Assembly (NCBI GenBank): GCA_963758915.1
Contig: CAVWXH010000015.1
Location: forward strand, 81,737-145,736
Length of the DNA: 64,000 nucleotides
Reading direction: 5' to 3'
Source: an uncultured Methanomicrobiales archaeon
Lineage (GTDB): Archaea > Halobacteriota > Methanomicrobia > Methanomicrobiales > Methanospirillaceae
This document shows, piece by piece, positions 20,861 to 31,060 of the stretch (positions are counted from its first letter, which is position 1; each line of letters begins with the position of its first letter). The translations under genes and the position numbers were made by a program. The notes under the pieces were generated by a model. The model was given only the letters and a program-made list of their open reading frames with translations. It made no database searches and was not told the DNA's origin.

Positions 20861-22055
20861 GGATTCAAAGGTCGCCTTCTTCCTCGCTAAGCGATCAATC
20901 GTCCGCGGAAACAAGGGAACACTCTACCTGACCATCCTCATTATCGGGATGGTCTTTGTAAACCTCATCTTCCTGCCATCGATAATTTCTGGTGTGGCAG
21001 TGCTGTTTAACCAGCAGTCTATCGATTATAGCTACGGAAACCTTGTGATTGAACCCAAAAAAAATCAGGTCTATATTAATAACGTCAATGAACTCCAGAA
21101 AAAGATCGAACGGGTTCCCGGAGTCACCGGGGTGTCACCAAGGTATATAACCGGTGCATCTGTGGTCCATAAGGGAAATGCTGTTAATCCCATAATATAT
21201 GCTATCAATCCGGATGATGACCGCAAGGTCCTTAAAATCAGTTCGAAGGTTACCAACGGGGAATACTTAAGCAACGCAGATACGGACCAGATCGTGATTG
21301 GTTCCCGGCTTGCAGGAAACGACGATGAAAAGCTTGACGTAATCCCGTCCCTTGGTGGTGTGAAAGTAGGCCAGGCGGTTGACATCACCTTCAATAATGG
21401 GGTTTCCCGGCAGTACCGCATCAAAGGAATTATCAATTCGAATTCATTCAGTGCAGATGCTAATGTTTTTATGACAACAAAAGAGTATGAGTCGGTCTTC
21501 GGGCTTGAGGACAAGGCCAGCCAGATCCTTGTTCGGACGCAGGAGACCGGGAACGAGGAAGATATGCGCAATACCTTGTATTCATTTGGAGTACAGGAAA
21601 AAATCTGGACCTGGGAAGAGAAATCGGCCAATTTCCTGAACCAGATTATCGGTAGTTTTAATATCATCAACTTAATCGGTACAATCGTGAGCCTGATTAT
21701 TGCAGTGGTAGTCATTTTTATTGTGGTTTTTATCAACACGGTCTACCGGCGGAAGCAGATTGGCATCCTGAAAGCGATTGGCATCGACCGATCGATCATT
21801 ATAAAATCATATATCTTCCAGGCCCTGTTCATTTTTGCAATCGGGACAATAGTCGGGTTTTTCTTCCTGTTCTTGATACTCCAGTTGCTTGCTGCTAACC
21901 CGATTGTGTTCCCCGGGGGACCGGTGGCGCCCGTGGTTGATCCAATGCTGGTTTTCCGTTCGATGATAAGCCTCTTCGCCGTATCCCTGATCGCCGGGTA
22001 CGTCCCTGCCTGGATTACAACAAAAGAGGATATTCTTTCCGCAATACGGGGTTGA
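20853..22055 (+). CDS. ABC transporter permease, MacB/FtsX/LolE type
   Basis: TM1, large external domain, RRKQIGILKAIG coupling motif, three C-terminal TMs. Confidence 0.9.
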   Translation: MFEDSKVAFFLAKRSIVRGNKGTLYLTILIIGMVFVNLIFLPSIISGVAVLFNQQSIDYSYGNLVIEPKKNQVYINNVNELQKKIERVPGVTGVSPRYITGASVVHKGNAVNPIIYAINPDDDRKVLKISSKVTNGEYLSNADTDQIVIGSRLAGNDDEKLDVIPSLGGVKVGQAVDITFNNGVSRQYRIKGIINSNSFSADANVFMTTKEYESVFGLEDKASQILVRTQETGNEEDMRNTLYSFGVQEKIWTWEEKSANFLNQIIGSFNIINLIGTIVSLIIAVVVIFIVVFINTVYRRKQIGILKAIGIDRSIIIKSYIFQALFIFAIGTIVGFFFLFLILQLLAANPIVFPGGPVAPVVDPMLVFRSMISLFAVSLIAGYVPAWITTKEDILSAIRG

Positions 22056-22056
22056 C

Positions 22057-22758
22057 ATGATCATCGGACGTGATATAAAGCGAATTTATGGTATGGGTGC
22101 TATACAGGTTCGTGCATTAAACGGTGTTTCTTTAGAGATCCAAAAGGGCGAATTTGTCGGGGTGATGGGTTCGAGCGGCAGCGGGAAGTCGACACTACTC
22201 CACATGCTGGGTCTCCTCGACCGTCCCACCAGTGGTTTTATCTCAATTGACGGGGTTGATGTCGGCACCCTTGATGAACGAGGCCGGACATTATTCCGTT
22301 TAAAACGCCTCGGTTATGTTTTCCAGGACTATGCGCTTGTTCCCGAACTGACGGCACAGGAAAATGTCTATCTTCCGTCAATGGTCCGGGGTATGTCATC
22401 GCGTGAATGCACCCTGGTCTGCGCTGAAATACTAAGCCTTGTAGGTCTCGGAGACCGGATTCATCACCTGCCTGGTGAAATGTCCGGCGGCGAACAGCAA
22501 CGCGTTGCGATTGCACGGGCACTGGTAAATAAACCCACGATCCTCCTTGCTGATGAACCCTGCGCAAACCTTGATTCTCAAAATTCGAGAATTATTCTCG
22601 ACCTTTTTAAAAAACTGAACAAGAATCTTCACCAGACCATCATCATGGTTTCCCATGAGGAATGGCATAAAAGCTACTTCGACCGGATTATTTACATGAA
22701 AGACGGGGTAATTGAAACGGAAAAAATTGAAAATCAGGCGGGTAATAAAACTCCCTAA
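22057..22758 (+). CDS. ABC transporter ATP-binding protein, LolD/MacB type
   Basis: GSSGSGKST, MSGGEQQRVAIARAL, LADEP. Confidence 0.93.
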   Translation: MIIGRDIKRIYGMGAIQVRALNGVSLEIQKGEFVGVMGSSGSGKSTLLHMLGLLDRPTSGFISIDGVDVGTLDERGRTLFRLKRLGYVFQDYALVPELTAQENVYLPSMVRGMSSRECTLVCAEILSLVGLGDRIHHLPGEMSGGEQQRVAIARALVNKPTILLADEPCANLDSQNSRIILDLFKKLNKNLHQTIIMVSHEEWHKSYFDRIIYMKDGVIETEKIENQAGNKTP

Positions 22759-22868
22759 AAACATTGGAAAAGCCCCCTTTTTTTATTCGGGCTGATATGA
22801 AAAACTCCACGAACCACTTGAAAGATGACCTTTTTCATCCTCATCTATTAACCAAAGGCTCACAGCAC

Positions 22869-23123
22869 GCTTTGTTGAAAACCTCTCAAATCCATCCTGC
22901 AGATATGGATATTTCATGTTTTGTCCCGTTTCCCGGGCTCATGCCCCACCGCTGTGGCGACCCCGGTCGGTAGAGGGGAGATCAAATCTCTGAACTATCC
23001 AGAAGCCTCCAGGGAATCCCACTCATAGATTATCTTTCCAGGTGCTGGGGGGGAGGTAGAGGTGATACCACTCCTTTCTCTGTAGCTCCGCTAATTTTAC
23101 GCACTATAAGATGTCAACAGAAC
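22869..23123 (+). mobile_element. MITE-like structured repeat, copy 3 (most degenerate)
   Basis: Starts GCTTTGTTGAAAACCTCTCAAATCCATCCTGCAGA, near-identical to the copy 1 start. Contains GCCCCACCGCTGTGGCG and ends GTCAACAGAAC. Confidence 0.62.
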
Positions 23124-23267
23124 GAAAATTAATCTTTACAATTCGCGGGTGTCATTAAAAAAGGACTTACTACTATTCACTGAGGAAGGGGGGGATTCCG
23201 GTAAGGGAAAACCTATCCGGTTAATTTTTTCCAGGATGGTGAGACACCGTCAGGGTGTTGATGTGGA

Positions 23268-23855
23268 TTAAATACCCAGCCCCTCAATGAACCTGATATG
23301 AATCCGGGGGTCGGTACTGAGTTCCGGATGAAATGCAAGGGCATAATGGCGATCTTTGCGAACGGCCACGATGCCTTTTCCGATTTTCGAAATGATTTCG
23401 ACTCCTTTTCCACAACTCGTGACAAGTGGAGCCCTGATAAAAATCGCGTGGTACGGGGTATCAAAGCCATTAATTTCCAGATCTGTCTCAAACGATTCTC
23501 TCTGGCGACCAAACGCATTTCTCTCAACCTTCATTTCTATCAGCCCGAGTGTATGTATCCGTGAATCGTCAACCTCTGTTGCCATGAGGACCATCCCCGC
23601 ACAGGTAGCAAAAATACCCCCTTCAAATTCTTCAATCGGTCTCCTCATCTGGTTTTTATCAATCAGGCGCGAAATGGTGGTCGATTCACCACCAGGAATT
23701 GCGAGGCCATCGAGGCTTGAAATTTCATCGGCATGACGTACTGGAATCACCGAGGAGTGTGCCAAAAGGTCCATGGTCTCCAGTGCGTTCCTGAATGCAT
23801 CAATATGTTCACTGACAGCCCCCTGGAGAGCAAGCACCCCGATCCTGATTCCCAT
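23268..23855 (-). CDS. pdxT: Pyridoxal 5'-phosphate synthase glutaminase subunit
   Basis: GVLALQG, PGGESTT, TCAG, RNAFGRQRESFE, FHPE. Confidence 0.96.
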   Translation of the reverse strand: MGIRIGVLALQGAVSEHIDAFRNALETMDLLAHSSVIPVRHADEISSLDGLAIPGGESTTISRLIDKNQMRRPIEEFEGGIFATCAGMVLMATEVDDSRIHTLGLIEMKVERNAFGRQRESFETDLEINGFDTPYHAIFIRAPLVTSCGKGVEIISKIGKGIVAVRKDRHYALAFHPELSTDPRIHIRFIEGLGI

Positions 23856-23948
23856 CGTGTTCACCTTGTTGCCAGTTGCTGGAAAATGGTATATCCCAGA
23901 TTACCTATCAAAAAAGGAAAAGGCCCTATTAATAAAAAAAATGTCCTG

Positions 23949-24845
23949 TTACCGGCCACGATACTGGAGCACCTGGTCTTCCGGTAAGGTATGGATATCA
24001 AGGCCCGGCATTGCATCTCCGAGTCCGCGGCTGGCCTTTGCAACCTTCTCCGGGTTATCAAAGTTGTTGACCGCTTCAACAATCGCCTTAGCCATGACCT
24101 TTGGTTGCGAGGACTTGAAGATCCCTGACCCGACAAATACACCGTCTGCACCCAGCTGCATCATGAGTGCTGCATCAGATGGTGTGGCAATACCCCCAGC
24201 AGAGAAATTCACAACAGGCAGTCTCCCCATCCGCGCACATTCAATTACCAGTTCCGCCGGTGCTTCAATATCCCGGGCAAAGTCAATCTGTTCCTGGGTG
24301 TCCATGCCTTTCAGCATGCGGATCTCTCCCATGATCGCCCGCATATGCCGGACCGCTTCTACGATATTCCCGGTTCCTGCTTCCCCTTTAGTCCTTATCA
24401 TCGCAGCCCCCTCGTTAATTCTTCGCAGGCCTTCCCCGAGGTTCCTTGCCCCGCAGACAAACGGGACTTTAAATTTTGTCTTATCGATATGGTATTGCTC
24501 ATCTGCAGGGGTCAGGACCTCGCTTTCGTCTATCATATCAACACCAAGGTACTCAAGGACCTGGGCCTCAACAAAATGACCAATCCTGACCTTTCCCATA
24601 ACCGGGATGGAGACAGCGTCAATTATTGACAATACAATCTCCGGGTCTGCCATCCGGGCGACGCCTCCCGCCTTTCTGATATCGGCAGGTACCCGCTCCA
24701 GTGCCATCACTGCGACTGCACCGGTCTCTTCTGCAATCATTGCCTGCTCGGCGTTTACGACATCCATGATTACTCCCCCCTTCTGCATGGATGCGAAACC
24801 CCGTTTCAGCAGTTCGGTGCCGAATCTCAGTTCCTCGAGTTTCAT
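23949..24845 (-). CDS. pdxS: Pyridoxal 5'-phosphate synthase lyase subunit
   Basis: [36 protein letters not shown]. Confidence 0.97.
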   Translation of the reverse strand: MKLEELRFGTELLKRGFASMQKGGVIMDVVNAEQAMIAEETGAVAVMALERVPADIRKAGGVARMADPEIVLSIIDAVSIPVMGKVRIGHFVEAQVLEYLGVDMIDESEVLTPADEQYHIDKTKFKVPFVCGARNLGEGLRRINEGAAMIRTKGEAGTGNIVEAVRHMRAIMGEIRMLKGMDTQEQIDFARDIEAPAELVIECARMGRLPVVNFSAGGIATPSDAALMMQLGADGVFVGSGIFKSSQPKVMAKAIVEAVNNFDNPEKVAKASRGLGDAMPGLDIHTLPEDQVLQYRGR

Positions 24846-24849
24846 ATTC

Positions 24850-25764
24850 TTATATATTGAGCAGTATCTGCAATAAAAGTAGTGTGCCGATGAGAAGCGC
24901 TGAGAATACGATAGTAATCACCCTCACGGCTTTCAGAATATCCGGGCCTCCTTCCTCGAGTGAGCGGACACCTGGTCCGATGGTATAAACACCTGGTTTT
25001 TCAAACCTGACACCCGTGCCACCGGCCATGATCGCCATCGGGATACCGCCGTTAAATCCCGGCCGTTTTTTCCTATCCCTCTTTAAGGCCAGGTATGCGG
25101 GCTGGAACTGTCCCTTGCATGCGAAGTACAGGAGGAGCAACAGCCCGGTAATCCGGGCAGGAATGTAATTGAGGATATCATCCATTCGCGCTGACCACCA
25201 TCCGATATCTATCCGCTCATCTTTGTACCCGAGCATGGCATCCATCGTGTTTGCTGCCCTGTATACCGCTGCTCCCGTGAGCCCGGCTAATCCGAAAAAA
25301 AACAGCGGGGAGATGATGCTGTCTACCAGGTTTTCAGACATGGACTCATACCCGGCAGAAAGGACCTGCTCCTTTGTCAGACTGCCACTATCCCGGGATA
25401 CCATCCTCCCCACCTGTGACCTTGCAAGATCCAGGTCATGCCGGGCGGCGTTGACCACACAACTGGTATGTTCCTCCAGTGATCGCCATGCAAAACAGAT
25501 TTTTAAGAGAAATGGTGCACAGATGAGGTACAGGTACCAGGGCAGGGCAATGCTGACGAGGAAAAATGGTAACGCAAAAATGAATACCGTCAGAACCCAC
25601 ATTACGGCACCGGCAAATTTCCTTACCCTGACGGGCCATATTTCCGGTTTTCCCCACCAGCTGATCAGCCTGCCAAGGAGAGCAACAGGGTGAAACCTGG
25701 AATCGGGATCCCCTGCCAGACGGTCAATGAGAAGCGCAAGCGGAAGAACTATTGCGGGATACAA
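24850..25764 (-). CDS. cbiB: Adenosylcobinamide-phosphate synthase CbiB/CobD
   Basis: GDP...[39 protein letters not shown]. Confidence 0.93.
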   Translation of the reverse strand: MYPAIVLPLALLIDRLAGDPDSRFHPVALLGRLISWWGKPEIWPVRVRKFAGAVMWVLTVFIFALPFFLVSIALPWYLYLICAPFLLKICFAWRSLEEHTSCVVNAARHDLDLARSQVGRMVSRDSGSLTKEQVLSAGYESMSENLVDSIISPLFFFGLAGLTGAAVYRAANTMDAMLGYKDERIDIGWWSARMDDILNYIPARITGLLLLLYFACKGQFQPAYLALKRDRKKRPGFNGGIPMAIMAGGTGVRFEKPGVYTIGPGVRSLEEGGPDILKAVRVITIVFSALLIGTLLLLQILLNI

Positions 25765-25856
25765 ACCTGTCCCCCTTCCATTCCGACAAAAAAAGAAAGA
25801 ATAGTCATATGATTGATTATCCGGGCGGAATAGCAGGTATTCCGATCCATGGTCCC

Positions 25857-26054
25857 TTACTGGTTAATCCCTGGGTGAGGGTCAGTTCGCGGAAGCAGGT
25901 CAGGGATCCCGTCACTGATTGGGTATACCACGCTGCAACTGGCACATGTCAGTGTCCCTTCGATAATCCCGGCTTCATCTTCCTTCATGACCTCAAGTGC
26001 CAGGTCGCCCTTGCATACAGGGCAGCAGAGAATATCCAGCAGGCTTCTCTTCAT
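25857..26054 (-). CDS. trm112: Trm112 methyltransferase partner
   Basis: LLDILCCPVCK...IIEGTLTC..C...YPI.DGIPDLL. ATGA overlap with purA. Confidence 0.9.
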   Translation of the reverse strand: MKRSLLDILCCPVCKGDLALEVMKEDEAGIIEGTLTCASCSVVYPISDGIPDLLPRTDPHPGINQ

Positions 26055-27061
26055 GGCTCGTCACGGAGGTCAATGATCTGTGCGACGTCGGGCCCGGTGG
26101 AGATCAGGGTTATCGGTGCACCGATATCACATTCCGCTTTTTTAAGGAATGTGATCGCTTTCTCGGTGAGCTGATCATAACGGGTCGCACCAAAACAGGC
26201 TTCATCAATCCTGTCGATCCCGGTGATCGCCGCCTGGGTACAGCCGTTGATCATCGCCGAATACCGTGCCATCTTCCCATCCCATTCACCAATGCGTCGC
26301 TGCCGGTGCGTTACGGTCCCGAACTCCTGGATGCCCATTTCATCCGACTCTTCCCTGGTCATCTCTGTGGAGAACGGCCCTTCACCAACCCGTGTAGGGT
26401 ACGCCTTGAAGACTACGATTACATCGTCAATCCGGGTCGGACCAACCCCGTTATCCGCTGCGATCTGCGAGGCGGAGGTATCCTTGCTGGTTACAAACGG
26501 GTACGTCCCATAATACAGTGAGATCCCAAAACCCTGGGTCCCTTCAAGGAGGACTCTTTCACCACGGTCTAATGCGCTGTTCAGTTCCATCGGTACATCA
26601 ATCAGGTATTCTTTCAACTCCGGAACGTCTCGTGCAAGTCTCGCTGACCTCATCACCCGGTCTGAATTGGCAGGTCCGCAACCGCTTCCGGTGCTCCCGA
26701 TTGTCTTTGACAGGTGATCACTCCCCTTGTCTCTCCGGATGTGGTCTTCCTCGATTACCCCACACCGCGAATCAACAAAAATCCGGCCCTTGACATCGAG
26801 CATGTCAACTTCTGTTTTTAATACCCTGGGATCCACAAGAACACCAGTGCCGATAAAAAGCCGTGCATCCGGATAAATAAAGCCTGACGGGACCATCCTG
26901 ACCCCATACTCTTTTTCCCCCATCTTGACCGTGTGGCCGGCATTCGGCCCGACACCACCCCTTGAAATAATGGTTGGTTTGTCATGGTAAGCAATATGCG
27001 CAACTATCTTGCCCTTACCCTCATCACCAAAAAACCCACCGACAATAATCGTGCAGCTCAT
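26051..27061 (-). CDS. purA: Adenylosuccinate synthetase (short archaeal form)
   Basis: GDEGKGK, GPNAGHT, EGTQG, YPFVTS, GTVT.R.RR. Confidence 0.96.
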   Translation of the reverse strand: MSCTIIVGGFFGDEGKGKIVAHIAYHDKPTIISRGGVGPNAGHTVKMGEKEYGVRMVPSGFIYPDARLFIGTGVLVDPRVLKTEVDMLDVKGRIFVDSRCGVIEEDHIRRDKGSDHLSKTIGSTGSGCGPANSDRVMRSARLARDVPELKEYLIDVPMELNSALDRGERVLLEGTQGFGISLYYGTYPFVTSKDTSASQIAADNGVGPTRIDDVIVVFKAYPTRVGEGPFSTEMTREESDEMGIQEFGTVTHRQRRIGEWDGKMARYSAMINGCTQAAITGIDRIDEACFGATRYDQLTEKAITFLKKAECDIGAPITLISTGPDVAQIIDLRDEP

Positions 27062-27265
27062 AAGTTCTATCATGTAGTATGGGATGATAAGCGCAATAAA
27101 TCTATATCCCGCAACCCTCGTCTGTTTCTGCGCAGGGTCTTACTTTCGAGGGGTATTTCTTCGGGAGTTGCCGGTTTCCCGGTTGCGACTCTGAAATAAT
27201 CTCTTAAAAAGAGGAGAGAGAAAAAATTTGGTGCTCTTAATCTGGTTGTTGGCATTCCCAACAGA

Positions 27266-28429
27266 TTATGTACGAAGGTTTGACATGAAACGCTCTATCC
27301 TGATGACAGCCTCTTTCAAATCCTTCCGTGAGACAGCATAGGCACACCGGAGATGGTCTCTTGCTGCATCCCCGAACACTGTTCCAGGGACCACTGCGAC
27401 CCGTTCTTCTTTCAGGAGTTGTTCAGCAAATTCAAAATCTGAAAGCCCCGTTGACTTTACCGACGGGAATGCATAAAACGCACCTTCAGGCACATGGCAT
27501 GGGAGCCCGATCCGGTTCAGATCATGGACAAACAGATTTCTTCGTACGCGGTATTCCGTAACCATCTTATCCTTTTCATCCTCGCCGGACCGTATCGCCG
27601 CGTTCGCAGCTATCTGCCCCATTACGGGTGCACAGAGCATAACGTACTGGTGGATCTTCAGTGCTGCATCACAGATTGGCTCAGGCGCGCAGAGATATCC
27701 GATCCGCCATCCGGTCATGGCATAGGCTTTTGAAAACCCGTTCAGGGTAATGGTCCGCTCCCATAAGCCATCAATGGTCGCAGGTGCTACATGGGACCCC
27801 TCGTACGTCAGCTCCGCGTACACCTCATCACTGATAACCAGCAGGTCATGATCCACGACAATATCTGCAATGGCCTTCAGATCATCCCGCTTCATAACTG
27901 CGCCGGTGGGGTTGTTCGGGAAGTTAAGGATCAGGACTTTGCTCTTTTTCGAGATCTTTTCCATCAGTGCATCCGGCATAAGCCTGAACTGGTCTTTCTC
28001 GTGGCATGGTACCGGAACCGGCACACCGCCAGCAAGAGTTACACACGGTGCATAGGAGACGTAAATCGGTTCAGTAACAAGGGCTTCGTCACCGGGGTCA
28101 ATAACTGCCCTTATTGCAATATCGAGTGCTTCTGAAACCCCGCTGGTGATGATCATCTCCCTGTCAGCATCGTAGTGGAGTCCATAATGGCTTTTTAAGT
28201 ATTCTGACAACGAGTCCCGCAACTCCTGGAGTCCACGGTTTGAAGTATATGAGGTTAAGCCCTGTTCTATCGAATAGATCCCCGATTCGCACACGTTCCA
28301 TGGGGTGGTGAAATCGGGTTCCCCGACACCGAGGGAGATCACATCGTCCATCGTAAGGGCGAGATCAAAAAATTTCCGGATGCCGGATGGTGGTATCGCT
28401 TCCGCGGATTTTGAGATGAAGTTTCTCAT
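27266..28429 (-). CDS. Class I/II PLP aminotransferase (AlaT/YugH-like)
   Basis: SGIRKFFD, SLGVGEPDF, NNPTG, SDEVY, GFSKAYAMTGWRIG. Confidence 0.92.
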   Translation of the reverse strand: MRNFISKSAEAIPPSGIRKFFDLALTMDDVISLGVGEPDFTTPWNVCESGIYSIEQGLTSYTSNRGLQELRDSLSEYLKSHYGLHYDADREMIITSGVSEALDIAIRAVIDPGDEALVTEPIYVSYAPCVTLAGGVPVPVPCHEKDQFRLMPDALMEKISKKSKVLILNFPNNPTGAVMKRDDLKAIADIVVDHDLLVISDEVYAELTYEGSHVAPATIDGLWERTITLNGFSKAYAMTGWRIGYLCAPEPICDAALKIHQYVMLCAPVMGQIAANAAIRSGEDEKDKMVTEYRVRRNLFVHDLNRIGLPCHVPEGAFYAFPSVKSTGLSDFEFAEQLLKEERVAVVPGTVFGDAARDHLRCAYAVSRKDLKEAVIRIERFMSNLRT

Positions 28430-28439
28430 TCTGACACCT

Positions 28440-28931
28440 TCAGAACGAATATGGAATGCGTTCGGTCACTTCATGCCCGCAGAGGGTATTACCATTCTCT
28501 TTATAATTTTTCATGATAATATGGGTTGCAGTTTCCCGGATCCGGTCCATCGGTGCGATATGTTCAGAGACGAACCTCGCAACCTCCTGCATATTTTTCC
28601 CCGTAACAAGAAGCTGGAAATCATATGTCCCGGTGATTAAACGGAGCGATCTCACCTGTTTAAATTTCGAGATCCGCTCAGCGATCCGGTCGTACCCAAA
28701 GTCCCTCTCGGGGTTTACTTTCAGTTCAATAATGGCCCAGACCTCTCCATGCCCTGCCCGCTCCCAGTCAATGACTGCAGAATATTTTCTGATTACCAGG
28801 GCCTCCTCAAGAGCTGCTATCCTGCACTCAACATCCCTGGCAGAAATTTCTGTCATGACCGAGAGTTCATCAACCGATACACGACTATTTTCCTCGAGTA
28901 ACTGGAGGAGGAGGAGATCTTTTTCGTCCAT
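28440..28931 (-). CDS. Lrp/AsnC family regulator (AlaR/YugG-like)
   Basis: N-terminal HTH, IDWE..G, RAM domain. SD AGGTGA within the cdc6 3' end. Confidence 0.9.
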   Translation of the reverse strand: MDEKDLLLLQLLEENSRVSVDELSVMTEISARDVECRIAALEEALVIRKYSAVIDWERAGHGEVWAIIELKVNPERDFGYDRIAERISKFKQVRSLRLITGTYDFQLLVTGKNMQEVARFVSEHIAPMDRIRETATHIIMKNYKENGNTLCGHEVTERIPYSF

Positions 28932-28936
28932 TTTGT

Positions 28937-30220
28937 TCACCTGAACAGGCTCTTTACCCAGTTGCTATCAATCTGGGCAAGACCCTGCTGACTTAGCCTG
29001 GGATCGTTCAGTATTACATCCCGTATTTTATAGGTATTCGTGTCAAACCACATCTCTTTTGTCCTTCCATAACGGCCGCGGCTGACAACACGGGTATTGA
29101 TTACACCAAGCATATTGAGCTCGCTGATCAGGTCCGTAATCCTGCGGTGTGTAAGGACGTCAATATCAATTTTCGGGGCAATATCCTGGTAGATACGGGA
29201 TACCTCCCCGCTCGTAAAAATATTCTGGCCCGTCTGATCTAGAAGCAGCATACAGTAGAGGATTGCTTTACTCTGGGTGGGAAGCGTTGAAATGCATTCA
29301 ATCATGCTGTCACTCTCAATCTTGGCCTGGGCCATTTTTACGTGCTCCTCGGTGACCCGGTCTGTATCTGCCCTGTCTGCGAGTTCCCCTGACACCCGCA
29401 GCAGGTCGAGAGCGCGTCGGGCATCACCATGTTCCTGGGCAGCAAGGGCAGAACAGAGAGGTATAACCCCTTCATCCAGGGCATTTTCCACAAATGAGGC
29501 TTCTGCGCGCTGTAAAAGGATATCAACGAGTTGGGGTGCATTATAGGGAGGAAAAACCAGTTCTTCCTCGCTGAGCGATGACAGGACACGGGGATCAAGG
29601 AAATCCTTGAAACTCAAATCGTTTGAGATACCAATCATGCTGACCTTGGACTTCTTCAGATCGGTATTGATCCTTGTAAGATTGTAGAGCGTCTCATCCC
29701 CGCTCTTTTTTACCAGCTTATCAATTTCATCAAGGATAATGATGAGAACCCCGCCATTTGATTCCAGCTGGTTTTTCAGTTCCTGGTATACCTGGTCTGT
29801 CGGCCATCCGGTCATCGGAATATGAGCACGGAGTTTATCACTTGCCGTCTCATCTGGACCAAGGATACATTTTGAGATCTGGGCGAGAATCCGGTACTGT
29901 GTATCGATAACTTCACAGTTGAGGTGAACAACCCGGCATACCATCCCCATCTGGGAACTTGCATTTTCCAGCTCTGTACCTACATAGCGGACACAGGCTG
30001 TCTTTCCAGTCCCGGTCTTTCCGTAAATAAGGATATTTGACGGGGTTTCGTTTTTCAGGGCTGGCGCAAGAATTGAAGCAATCTGATCGATTTGTGGCCG
30101 CCTGTGAGGCAGAATGTTTGGCCGGTAGGAATGCCTGAGGACCTCCCGGTTTTTGAATATTTTATTGTTTGTGAGGAACTTTTTAAAAAGTCCGACTGAT
30201 GTTTCTTGGTCTTCAGGCAT
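28937..30220 (-). CDS. cdc6: Orc1/Cdc6 replication initiator
   Basis: IYGKTGTGKT Walker A, IILDEID Walker B, HGDARRALDLLR, winged helix ending SRGRYGRT. Confidence 0.97.
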   Translation of the reverse strand: MPEDQETSVGLFKKFLTNNKIFKNREVLRHSYRPNILPHRRPQIDQIASILAPALKNETPSNILIYGKTGTGKTACVRYVGTELENASSQMGMVCRVVHLNCEVIDTQYRILAQISKCILGPDETASDKLRAHIPMTGWPTDQVYQELKNQLESNGGVLIIILDEIDKLVKKSGDETLYNLTRINTDLKKSKVSMIGISNDLSFKDFLDPRVLSSLSEEELVFPPYNAPQLVDILLQRAEASFVENALDEGVIPLCSALAAQEHGDARRALDLLRVSGELADRADTDRVTEEHVKMAQAKIESDSMIECISTLPTQSKAILYCMLLLDQTGQNIFTSGEVSRIYQDIAPKIDIDVLTHRRITDLISELNMLGVINTRVVSRGRYGRTKEMWFDTNTYKIRDVILNDPRLSQQGLAQIDSNWVKSLFR

Positions 30221-30287
30221 GATTTCCAGTGGAGTTAAACCTTAGATATTCGTGCATAAATTCTGATCGTTTTTTCCGCCGGTATTC

Positions 30288-30308
30288 ACCCCATTGTTTC
30301 CACTGGAA
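30288..30308 (-). promoter_or_regulatory. Origin recognition box (ORB)
   Basis: Reverse complement TTCCAGTGGAAACAATGGGGT with G-string. Confidence 0.88.
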
Positions 30309-31039
30309 AGATTAATTTTTAAGTCCGTATTCCCGTTTTATTCCCCGCCTATTCATATTTTCTGAACAGTGGAAGGACCAGTGTCGCGCATCCAACGATT
30401 ATATAGTCTATTCAATATGACGCGATCTGTTTATTGCCGAAATGAAAGAGCGCATCGCCGGTATCCACACTCTTACGTCGGGTTCTCCCATGGTACAGGA
30501 AAAACCCCAAAAGGAGCCCTTTTTTTAATTCGGAATTTTAGTTATTTGGTTGTGTTGTTTTTTTGTTTTGATTTTTAGTCTTTTCCGGTTCTGGTCTTAA
30601 CCCCGATAATGACAAATCTGGAAAAAGCGATGTCTTTCGTTCCGTCATTTCCTTCTATCCAGACCTTTTTTCTCTCCCTCGTAAAAAATTACCTGGTTTG
30701 TCCGATTGATACTTCTTTTTCCGCGCTTCCCGTTATTCCTCGCTCAATATGACGAATGACACAATGTCAAGAAAAGAAGGAGTTTTGTTTTCCCCTTTTT
30801 TATTGGTTATTCTTTTAACCTCTTCTTTCTGTTAGAATTGGTGCTTATTGGCTGGCGTTTCGTTTGTTTTCTTTTTCCCTGGGTTCCTCTTTTTTCCTTA
30901 TATTTGAGACTGATTACAAAGTAAGGTTTGATTTTCCATAGGAACAGGTAAACCAACAGTATTCATTTCTTTCAGACCTGAGAGAGGGAACGCTAAAGGA
31001 TAAGCCAATGAATTACCTTTTTCCGGGGTCTGATCCCAG

Positions 31040-31060
31040 ACCCTTTGATTTCCATTGGAG
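31040..31060 (-). promoter_or_regulatory. Origin recognition box (ORB)
   Basis: Reverse complement CTCCAATGGAAATCAAAGGGT. Confidence 0.82.

Noticed and set aside
27074-27265. Hairpins upstream of purA as a possible purine riboswitch or leader
   Set aside because: A TATA-like box lies between the hairpins and the purA start, so they more likely belong to the upstream operon 3' UTR. No riboswitch consensus was recognised.
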